From: Phoronis australis
Lineage: Eukaryota; Animalia; Phoronida
Reading direction: 5' to 3'
Length of the DNA: 64,000 nucleotides
Assembly (NCBI GenBank): GCA_002633005.1
Contig: NMRA01000293.1
Coordinates: forward strand, 1 to 64,000
The translations under genes and the position numbers were made by a program. Below the pieces are notes generated by a model. The model was not told where the DNA came from. It did not search any database and saw only the letters and a list, made by a program, of their open reading frames with translations. Position 1 is the first letter of the stretch. Every line of letters begins with the position of its first letter. This document shows positions 38,116 through 49,253 of the stretch, one piece after another.

Positions 38116-38311
38116 GAATTATTGGGGTGTCAGTAAACCAGAAGACGCCGCCTTCTTGTCTGCTTTTCTGACGCTGGTCTTCTTCTGTCTACAAGCGCCA
38201 CACTACGTCCACAACGGGAGATCGTTTTCCTACTTTTTCTTTCATTGCATCCACAAAATGGCGCTCATGTTCGTCATGTCTTTTTCGTTGTACTATTTTA
38301 GAAACTATTAA
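38116..38311 (+). CDS. Small His-rich membrane protein, coding exon 2 (total 125 aa)
   Basis: TTCCAG| acceptor, phase-compatible; NYWGVSKPEDAAFLSAFLTLVFFCLQAPHYVHNGRSFSYFFFHCIHKMALMFVMSFSLYYFRNY*. Confidence 0.78.
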
Positions 38312-38503
38312 ATTTGTAGCTAAAGAACAATGTAAAGTTAGGGTATAGACTAGTTTTTTCGTTGTACTATTTAGAAACTATTAAATTTGTAGCTAAAGAA
38401 CAATGTAAAATTACGGTATAGACTAGTTTTTTCGTTGTACTATTTTAGAAACTATTTAGTTTGTAGCTAAAGAACAATGTAAAGTTGCGATATAGAATAG
38501 CTT
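38281..38503. repeat. ~74-bp tandem repeat x3 spanning the stop codon
   Basis: TTTTTCGTTGTACTATTTTAGAAACTATTAAATTTGTAGCTAAAGAACAATGTAAAG... occurs three times. Confidence 0.9.
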
Positions 38504-38911
38504 TTAGCAGCGAATGTGCGCACAACTAATGAAATTTGACCTTGTAATAGTTCAAAGATGTAAAGATCCTTCTTGCTGTCCAAAAATAATCACCGGCGTT
38601 AGATATTAATGTCTTAACGACAACTATTAGGTTAGAGTTTTGAATATGAAGAACTGTCTTCACCAACAGACTCAAGAGACTCTATATAGAGCTTGCTACT
38701 TAATACATTGATCTACATTTTTAAATTTGAACTGTTTACTCTCCACCACGTAAGTGTGGCTTCGTATAACCGTATATGCGTGTATTTAGGCTCTTGCACC
38801 CATATTGGAGAAAATGCGTGTATTTCAATTAGAATCATTAGTGTTTTGCATATCGGGGAATGCGTGCATGCTTCGCATATAGGCCCATGCGGCTGTCAAG
38901 GTTTTCGTGTT

Positions 38912-38917
38912 TGTGTG

Positions 38918-38966
<49 letters not shown>

Positions 38967-38987
38967 GCGTGCGTGTGTGTGTGTGTG
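38912..38987. repeat. Compound (TG)n(CGTG)n microsatellite
   Basis: Direct inspection. Confidence 0.95.
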
Positions 38988-41329
38988 TTGTCCTTTATTA
39001 GTGGATGCAAGTCTAAGTTTACCATTTTGCAACGTCTAGTTTCACCCATATAATATTTTATGCCTTCGAAACAATGACAATGAATGTCAGGTAGTAATCA
39101 CTTACAGGGATCATTGATGTTGGGAACCAGTTTTCTCCTCTCAACCACGGTCATCGAACTGGTTCTCAAAATCCCGAACTCCTGTACATGTAAATGACTA
39201 TTGCCGACTATTGAATTGATTCTAACAATCATCCCAGATTTTTTCTTTTTGATCTCAAATTCTCCTCCCAACTTATGACATCACGAATGGGCGGCAACCA
39301 CACCCCGTTCGTCCTGGAAGAGAAACTGGCGTAGTCGCCGTTTTATTTGGATAGCGGACAAGACTCACCCCACAAAATCATTCATAACGTTCGATCAAAA
39401 AACAAACAAACAAACAAAAATTCACATGCAGAGGAAGTAAAACAACAATGGTCTAAAATCCTGAAAACAGAGGGATATGCATAGATAAATCGACAGTAGC
39501 GCTCGACTGAGGACTTGATTTGAAACCAGTCTACCTCGCAGGGTATGTAGCTGAACTGAATCTGACAACCACAACCAGCAACCTAGATGTAAAATGAATA
39601 GTTTTGGTAATGTTGTAGTAAAAGAATGCATGTAATTCTTTAAAATAAGAGCTGAATGAAAAAGCATCACATCGTTTTCATTGCCACTTTCCGCCCCACA
39701 GATAGCGCGGATGTCAATAGTGCATAGCGTGTCTCACCAATGGAGTCATTGTTAATAACAAGTAGTGCGAACGACCGAGTGTGCAGACGCTGACATCGCT
39801 ACAGCTACACGCAACGCTAAAATAAGATTATTTGAAACTACAATTTTTCACTGCTATACAATTGTTATTTTTCAAACACCAATTTTGTTTCAAATTCTCC
39901 GTATAAATTTTACTTTTTTACTTTTGCCACAAAATGTTTAATACACATTTGATAAACAGTGTGAGGTAGGACTTCTAGAATTCTTATGGTAAGTGGGCCT
40001 CTTCACAAGACAATCATTCAGTGGATCACATCTCGATTTTCTGCAACTTACTTGGTAACAATAACGACGATTAACGTATGCCGCTGCTGGCAAAGATACA
40101 CCGGTATTGAGTGTCCGGGATAAAGCCGCTATTGACTGTTATTCACACTGAATCGTCTGGTAAAACAATAACATATATAAACGAAACACTCATGACTCAG
40201 AGCCTATACACGTATGCCGTTTTAATCGAAGCAGCTAGTGAGATGGATGGTATCATTTTGTTAACAAAAAGGTATGATAAAGTAAGAATTGCGAAGCAAA
40301 TAATAGAAAAAGGTAGGACAAAAGAAGATCTAAATTCTGAATTATATACTTTTTCCACAGATAATCACCTCACATCACAATCAGGATACACCGCTTCAGT
40401 GGCTTCTCAGTGCTGAGAACTTGCCAATTCAACGCACGAATTCGATTTCAAACTCAGGCCCACTCGTCCGCCAACAGTTTACCATTGTCTCTTATGGCAC
40501 TTACCCATGAAGTCATTTACAGCTAAATACTAACACAGAAACAATTTGGCTGATCTCCGTGAAAATATATAATGTTGGAGCACACTAAATTTGTCTTACT
40601 CATGTTCATTGAGACATGTCATGACGTCTAAAATGATCAACATTTGCCAGATTATTGGAGTTTTACCCCTAAATTTCTCATTGTGGTCAATTGCTGTTCC
40701 AATATTTCAATAGTAGGACAGAGATATAATCGGGAATTACGTGAAAAGCTAAGTTGGTCGCCTTAATGATCACGTCGGTCTCAGTGTAGCCCGTTGTAGC
40801 GATATTTTGCTTGAAACTTGTTTTTTAAGCGATTGTTGGTGGGGCTATCTGCTCGCAGATGCAAAAAAAATACATTGACTGAGTACCGCGCGCCGCCGCT
40901 GTCGGTCGCGGAAAGGATAGGATACTCACCCATTTGAAGTGTGGACTCTGAAAAGGTACCCATTAGTGAGGGAGCTTGGAATCCACGAAAAAGACAAAAA
41001 TACGTACCGTGAAGAGGTTTAAGACACACCACCTCTAAACTATACGGGGCCCGAACCCAGTCGTGCTTCATTGACAACCCGGCGCTTCGGCTTTTTAGTG
41101 ATAAGCTGACTCAATATCCAGGCTCAGTTAATCTACGATTTCAGTGGACTTGTTTCTGTTGCTGGAAATTGTCTTTTTGTTGATGGAACGAGTTATAGGC
41201 AAGGTCCACCGACCTAGAGCTGTCAGTAAGACTCGGACAATCCGGACCTACTAGGTACTGGGGCCCTCAGATTTCATTGTTTAGTCTATCTGAGGTAGAG
41301 TATTAGCAGGTTCGAGTTCCAACAGATAT

Positions 41330-41446
41330 AACAGCGCCCTCTATTTATATCTGTTCAAGCAAAATTTCGTCTCGGCCGCAACGATTTCCTTTTTATCGCT
41401 AAGGTGGCGTGAGGTGTGCAGTGTGTTTTGACAGCTCCAGGTAATT
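41330..41446 (+). promoter_or_regulatory. Candidate ELOVL promoter and non-coding first exon
   Basis: CpG-richer stretch, CTCF-like CAGCGCCCTCTAT and a good donor CCAG|GTAATT at ~41440. The ATG exon has an acceptor at 49192-49193, so an upstream exon is expected; this placement is inference. Confidence 0.3.
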
Positions 41447-41821
41447 TCTTCTTCTTCACCCTTTTTCTGGTTATTTGGAAATTCAAAATATACGAGCAAC
41501 GCCCCCCGCTGTGAACACACAGCTTAAAACCAAAGAAAGTATGTGACAAGTTAGTTGTGTACAGATAAATGGTGAGACCTCGCCCTCGGACTCTGCCCCG
41601 ATTGACTCTCGTCTGTGAACTGAAAGACGTGAAGACTGCAGTTGGGCTCATGACTGGAAGAACCCTGATACTAGACACGTAACCGGCATGTAATTAAATA
41701 TTTACAGACACGCTAGAGAAGGTAGACGCCTCTTGGAACACGAGATTGCCTACATGGTGTCGATCAAAACGTTACTGGCGGTGCCATGGTACAGGTCATG
41801 GCCTGATCCATACACTACAGT

Positions 41822-44423
41822 ACACCGCGACGGGCCTAAGGTCGGGCGACGCCCAGGCCAGGAAAATGAAATTCAGAAATATTGTAATCTTATGAATCAA
41901 TTATAAGTATATAGTCTACAGAATGTAACTTTTTGAAAGAGCTTTTTACTAATTTGCCTTTCAACAGAGGACTCCCCGGTCCGAGGCTCCACGGCAGTCA
42001 GGGGCACGACCCTACCTAGCTAACGGGATTCCTCCCCGCAAGTACAGAGAAAGAGACAGAGAGGGCGAGACAGAGGGTGACAGGTTTATTAACATAAGTA
42101 ATATTAGCTCATAATACAGTTTACAGAGTACAATAAAACAATCAAAAGCATGATCTCACAACCCGCAAAGTACTAGGCTACTGTGCGCAAGCCTACTGAC
42201 CGGCGACTGATTTGAAGTAAATCTACTTACTATTCATTTACAAATGTCTAACATAACAATAGCAATTAACTAAAATCGTTACACACGTAGTGAATTTCTT
42301 TTTTTAGGCTTATTTTACAGCCGTGCTTTGCCGTCTTCGTTTGGGAAGAAATTTCACGGGGGAAGAAATTTCACGCCTTAGACGTGAAATAACTTCCCCT
42401 CAATAACGCGCATGCGCAAAAGGGTCAGAGTGGGAAGAAATTTCACGGGGAAGAAATTTCACGCGACACCGGCNAAAATCGATGGAATATCACTAATTTA
42501 GGGGTCTATAATAGTGCAGTGTTTAAATATACACTCACACACACCCACATATAAATAAAGAGTAGCTCCCTATGCCTTCGTTTTATGAAGAAAAAAACAA
42601 GCGTCAGTTCCAGTCAGAGTAAAATCACATTTCGGGTACGTTGAAGTATTTTCAGTTTCACGTTATAGGCGATTTACAACAGGCCGGTAGGCTGACAATT
42701 TTTCAGCAGGAGATGTCTCGCGCAAAATAAGTATGAAAACGAAATATCCCTGATCAATCAAGAATACAAAGTCAAGCAGTTTTGCAAAAACGTTTAATTA
42801 AAATTAGGATACTGAATTCTCAAGTTTTCGAAAGATACCAAGGCCTTCAATTTCTTTGGTCAAGAAATAACTTTTAATTAAAAATAGGATACTAAATTCT
42901 CAAGTTTTGCGAAAGATACAAAGGCCTTCAATTTCTTTGGTCAAGAAATAATTTTCTTCAACATTTTAAGTCTTTGCGAATTCTCAACATTGATAACTTT
43001 GTTTTTTATAAGGTTTGATAGGCACCTTATTTAAATTCACGCAGGATACTCGTTCGTCTTGTTCCCGCATGAAGTAAGTAATTCCTACTACATATATATT
43101 TGCAAGTTCCTTGATATACAACACTATGGAATATAACAGACTTAAAATAGTCTTGTTTATTAAGGATTCATCTCAGGCATTTTAGGAGCGCTATACACGC
43201 GCTCAGGGCGCATTCAAAGATTTTTGATCTGCGAATTCAGTTTCCTTTGCAAGAAAGTGTAAATATTCTACTACAATTTTTACCCATAGTAGCTCTGTAT
43301 GGTACATTTTTCCCACGGCATTTGATTTTGTACAATAATCTTAGAGTTTTTAATACTTTTCCTGATTCTCGCTAATTATTTCGCTTGCTGGAGCTTTCCT
43401 AAACCGATTTTGAAAATTTCCCTTTTTCCGAATCTTATGAACTGAATTTCCTGGAAAAAACAAGGTTTCCAATTTCTGTTTTCTTTTAGTGTACATTTTT
43501 GTAAGACTTTTCTGAAAGATGCGTTTGATGATGTAGGAACGCTATTTCACACAGGACACCTATTTTCCCCGGGATCATCGCCTTCGCGGTCACAGGTGGG
43601 CGTCGATTATTTTAACTTATTACGTACCACAACAAATGATAATGCCTTATTGGGAATATACTCAACCGATTATTTTTACCCATTCGAGTATTTCTGACAT
43701 GTTCTTGAAGGAAATTCAGTACAAGCGAAAAAAAACACTCAAATCGGAGTGAACGACATGAGAGCGTCTTCACACCGCGACGGGCCTAAGGTCGGGCGAC
43801 GCCCAGGCCAGGAAAATGAAATTCAGAAATATTGTAATCTTATGAATCAATTATAAGTATATAGTCTACAGAATGTAACTTTTTGAAAGAGCTTTTTACT
43901 AATTTGCCTTTCAACAGAGGACTCCCCGGTCCGAGGCTCCACGGCAGTCAGGGGCACGACCCTACCTAGCTAACGGGATTCCTCCCCGCAAGTACAGAGA
44001 AAGAGACAGAGAGGGCGAGACAGAGGGTGACAGGTTTATTAACATAAGTAATATTAGCTCATAATACAGTTTACAGAGTACAATAAAACAATCAAAAGCA
44101 TGATCTCACAACCCGCAAAGTACTAGGCTACTGTGCGCAAGCCTACTGACCGGCGACTGATTTGAAGTAAATCTACTTACTATTCATTTACAAATGTCTA
44201 ACATAACAATAGCAATTAACTAAAATCGTTACACACGTAGTGAATTTCTTTTTTTAGGCTTATTTTACAGCCGTGCTTTGCCGTCTTCGTTTGGGAAGAA
44301 ATTTCACGGGGGAAGAAATTTCACGCCTTAGACGTGAAATAACTTCCCCTCAATAACGCGCATGCGCAAAAGGGTCAGAGTGGGAAGAAATTTCACGGGG
44401 AAGAAATTTCACGCGACACCGGC
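41822..44423. repeat. Two apparently identical ~650-bp direct repeats (41822-42473 and 43772-44423)
   Basis: Both end in GGAAGAAATTTCACG subterminal repeats and ...ACACCGGC, like a DNA-transposon end; the first copy stops at N42474. Confidence 0.85.
42793..42950. repeat. ~79-bp tandem duplication
   Basis: TTTAATTAAAA.TAGGATACT.AATTCTCAAGTTTT...GGTCAAGAAATAA occurs twice. Confidence 0.85.
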
Positions 44424-45884
44424 GCCTACCGGTTGCTAATGTATACCGGTTAGTATGCCCTACACTCGATTTTATGAGGTCGGTTGATGAAGGAAATAAG
44501 TTGAAAGTATATGTGGAAAATATCTGCATGTTCCTGACAAATGTTGTGTTACCAAATGCTATTTTATCAATTTGTGGTGATGGTAATCTAGGTTTTTTTA
44601 AAAAAAAAACACGTCAGAATTAAGCATACTACATACTTGTTCTACTCTACTGGCAGTAGATCATGGCCTTCTACTCAAATAAGACATTGGCCTTACAGTG
44701 TTGGTCATTTGTATTCTGGTGTGATCAAAAGCAGCAAAGTCCTATGGTGTGCTTGGAGTGAGTATGCATTAATCCTAACTACAAGTGTCTGATGAAATTT
44801 AGTGGAAACGCGACATGCATGAACACCTCCAATAGCATTATGCTGCATTGCTATACTATAACCAGACAGAGAGAGGGAGGGAGAGAGAGAGGGAGGGAGG
44901 GNAAGTTCTTACTCCTGGTCCAGTGTTTATATCTAAATTTAAGTTCTCTAGTCAGTCTTCAGCCTCAGTACAGGTCATCCAGTGGTGTCCAATGTAGTTA
45001 ATGTCTTAAGTTTATAAGACACAAATTCCAGCATAGTAACAAATTAGTGTAAACAATCTGCTTAGTGTAGTTAAGGGATAATGTCAGTGTTCTGTAATCA
45101 AAACGAACACAAGCTACTCATGGTTCATTGTAGTAAACTGTAGTAAATAGCTTCTATGGGTCACCCAGTCAACTCTGGGTGGACTATCAGAGTGACAAGA
45201 ACAAACAGTGATTGGTATTATTCTGACCAATTTCCTCACTGTGTGTATCTCACAGGTGGACCATTAGCTAACAAAAGAGTGGGTGGACTAAAAAAACGGG
45301 AGCACCTCTGTGAATTGCGACTTTGCGCTTATTTAGTGGACTTTTGTCCCATTGTCTCCGACTTTTTGTCTCTCAGGGGCGGATCTTTTTGCCCACTTCG
45401 CCAATTGGGGGCTCATTCGAGACCCCCGAGGCCCCCCCCTGGGGTGCGCGCATGTTAATGGTGCATTCGTGGGTGCATTTCAATGCTCCGCTTTGCTCCT
45501 GTTACAAAACACAATTATTTATGCAAGAAAATGAAGTTTATTATTAGATTGTTTTTCACTTAAACGCTATAACGGGCATAATGAGTGTCGGTTGACTCCC
45601 AGATTTTGTGCGCACCCCCGCTGGTCATTAGCTCTATGATGAAGTGACGAGCAGAAGTACTTGGGTGGTATGAAATCTTTAGGTCTATTGGAGCTTAATA
45701 CACAGTGAATCCTAGCAGTATTTTGACATTAGTTTCTAAGTAGCTAGGAACTGCAGTGTAGTCTTCAACATTTTGCACTAATTGTTCCTAGACAAAACGC
45801 ACCCATGCGCCACATGGTGGACAAATGTTGTTCCTGATTAGAATGGTTCAACTGTTTTTCTTTACTTTGTAGATGAGCTTGTTA

Positions 45885-47639
45885 CCGTAAACGTTCGGGT
45901 TAACGCCCATGCTCAGTTAACCACCCACCCCCTACTTTAGGTGGATTTTTGATTTAACCGCCCACTGCTCGGTTAAGTGCCCCCCTGCGATTTTTGAAGA
46001 TTTCCAGTTAAGCGCCCTCCTCTCGGTTAAGCGCCCATCCCCGACTTTTAAAGAATGAAGATTTAGCGCCCAGTGCTAAGGAAACGTGCGATTCCCCGAC
46101 TTTTAGAAAAAGATCGATGATCACAATGAGTGCAACGACGCCGGGCCTCCGAGACGGTGGTTTAGCAATGTGAATTGCAATTATACAAGTAACGAGTTAT
46201 TGTCTTGGGTCATGGACTCACTTCAAAATATAATACTTGAACGTTTTTGTCACTTTATTTTCTTCCCATGTTTGCAAAGTTTAAGAACGCCGCCGGCGTC
46301 AAAACCTCCGCTTTCAGCGACTTTGTCTGCCGCGCTGAGTTTTCATCTGCAGTGCACTTGATAAAACATATTCGAAAAAATCAAGCCAGAGAAATGAGAC
46401 AATGGTTAAAAGTATATAGTCACGCCCGTTTCTGTTACTTAGGACTGTGACTTTGTAGTGGTGCACGCGCGCAAGTTCGCACACTTTGGAGTGCATGTTA
46501 CCTTGACACCAACATGTGATTGACAGGTGACTCGCACGTAGGCCCTACACACGTGCTGAATCCCGCCGCTATCTTTGGCCATAAAAAGCTGTTATATTAC
46601 TTGATGGCATTTCCAAGTCACGATTGTCAGCCGACTGAGACATTTGCGCGCTAACAACGGGACCGAACAGTGCTGCAGTGCGATATTGCAAGTGATAGGA
46701 TAATCTGGACATCTTGCATGAAAAATAAATGTTTTTCCACCACGAAGTTTGGTAAAGTGATCGTTTATGAATTGAAACATCGCTGTTTTGTAGCGTTTTA
46801 TCACATATTTATGCCGTGGCTCGAAATTTTATTCTTGATTGACGAGTGGCTCACGGCCGCTTAACCCCGATTCTTGTCTTGGGCCTACTTCTTTGCCGAG
46901 CATGTCTGGCGCAACGGCAAGTGAGCAATGCCGGGCAGTCGAGGTAAAACAGCAAGCCACAGAACCATACGCTGAAAATGTCATTGAGTCACGGTGTGTT
47001 GACTACAAACATCCCATACACAAAAAACATCTGAATTAAGATTTTCAAACTTTTATTACAACCAATTTTAAAACTGCTCTCTGACTGTGAACTTGGCAGC
47101 TAGTACGAGACTGTAACCATAAATTTGATGTCTGCTGTGACCTCTGCAATACGTGAAGCTTGCACGCGCGCACTTTAGCAAGATGAAATAGTTGCAATCC
47201 AAGTAGAGGCTGCGTGGTCACTGGTCGTCTGCGCTCTACAGGGCTAAATAACAAGACCGCAGGAAGGCACGGGGCTATTACTCAGCAATTCTGTAAATTT
47301 AATAGTGAATAACTAATCTGAGGGCATGATAACCTTTGTTAGGATCATCCGCTGTTATGACATTTTTCCCGTCATGTGGCGACGTGACGATAACGCTCTT
47401 TGAAAAGTGCTACGCGTTCCGAGTAGGCCTACATGTGTGGTGTGTGGACTTGGATCACGAGGTAAGATTAACCGCCCAGGGCGCTTGCCTGTCGTAATAA
47501 GCGCTCATGTTCGGTTAACCGCCCACCCTGGATTTTTTGAAGTTTCACGTTTAAGCGCCCATGTCTGGTTAACCGCCCACCCCCGATTTTTTGGGTTTTC
47601 CAATTTAACCGCCCAGGGCGTTAACCCGAACGTTTACGG
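45885..47639 (+). mobile_element. Non-autonomous Tc1/mariner-type DNA transposon, copy 1 (1755 bp)
   Basis: TA|CCGTAAACGTTCGGGTTAACGCCC...GGGCGTTAACCCGAACGTTTACGG|TA: perfect 24-bp TIR, TA TSD, many subterminal TTAA(G/C)CGCCC repeats. Confidence 0.9.
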
Positions 47640-49204
47640 TATGTGTGATAATGTAAAATACCTTACAATTCGACAGGAAATATTTAAATTGCTGTGAATA
47701 ATTTGCAAACACACCAATACAACCACTACACTTTTAACTTAAGTTAGTGTTTTGTTCAACGTACAACTTTCATTGGTCATCTGACAACAAGTCATACTGA
47801 TTGTTAAAATAGCATGGCAGGTGCCACAGGCAGCTGGGATTTTTATATGTGCCAATCACTGCCAATGTAACCCATGGTGGCAAAAGGATAGGATTGATAA
47901 CTTATCACAATATCACCATGAAGAAAGCTGCCTTTCCTTCGAAACGTTTCAAACTTATGCAGAGCCTAAGTGTCATTTTCGGTGACAAAAATCTGCCACA
48001 AAATAACAGGAAAAGAATGTAATATCACTCTTATCTGACACTTTTGTAGTAACTATGCCTGAATTACACGGCTTCATATCTTGATGGTAGAGAGGAAGGT
48101 AGCCATACTCTTGTAGATCGGAGGTAGCGTGTGTGATGTATGTCGTTCACTCAGGATGAATGTCATTTTGTTTGTGTTTGTATCTAGTGCTACACTGTGA
48201 GAGGTGCATTTATACCTGAGTGGTGCTGGCGTAAACCAAATAGGTACGACTCCAAATTTACGTTTTGAAATTTGTTTTTCATGCCACTGCTCTCTGGGTA
48301 GAGTTGCTCAGCACTGTTCTGTAATTACAAGTTACATGTGAGCTAAGGCTCTAAATGATTGATGGAGTGAGTGTTATTGAAAAACTAGTACCAGCAGAAA
48401 AGCTGCATAACAGTTTGATAAATTCCCACATAACTAGGGTGTTGTTGTGCTTTGTCAGAACTGTTGTACTAGAAGGGTACATTGTTGAACACTGTCACTC
48501 TGCTATCCGCGACCCTAGTGACTTTTCCATAGTGTGGGGGTTGATGGGGATGTGTTGCCAACTTGGGTAGGTAGTCCACCGGGTCGGTATGGTAATTAAA
48601 TTTGACGTGACATCGGTAGGTATGTCTCAGATAGGTGACAGGGGGTGGGTTAGTAGTGGGGGTGGTGAATGGATGCTATTGTTTCAGATACATTTTGATA
48701 TTATTTCAGGTATATGGGGTGGCACCTTCTCACTAATTATATACAAGAAAACCCTTGGGAATGTAGTTTAGAGACCCTGATTTCTGACAATAGCGAAAAG
48801 CAGATCGAATCGTTATTTCTTTCGTGTGATTAGAGGCTTCAAACAGGTCGGGCCACCAATTGATCAACGATCGCTATGCAGCAGACATGCTCAAGTGCTT
48901 GTTCATTCTTTCCCATGGTGGTACTGTTCTTTTGTTGGTTTTGAGAAACAATAAACATGGAATGCAGCAAGTTATTGGTAAACGTAGCTGTGGCATAATT
49001 CAGAGCAAACAGTCGGGCATGTTATTTATCACTTGGAAATGGTAAAATGCAATTTGGTGATTTAAAAAAACAGAGGAAATGTAATTTAATATTGGCCAAA
49101 GTGGATTCCTCGAGTAGTTAGAAAGTGCTCTCACTAGTTTCTTCAGTAAGTATTTGCTAATTAGGACTTAAACATGATGGCTTTATGTTGCAGGTAGTCT
49201 CACC

Positions 49205-49253
49205 ATGTTGTCTACTATTGTCAAGTACTATGACGATCTCATGGAACAAAGTG
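49205..49253 (+). CDS. ELOVL7: ELOVL coding exon 1
   Basis: CACCATG; [16 protein letters not shown]; phase-1 donor GTAAGT. Confidence 0.85.

Noticed and set aside
38693-39049. ORFs with CVCV/THTH/ARTH repeats
   Set aside because: Translation of a (TG)n(CGTG)n microsatellite.
46170-47697. Short ORFs repeated at 54-56 kb as a transposase
   Set aside because: All under ~115 aa with no DDE/DDD or HTH motifs; the element is non-autonomous.
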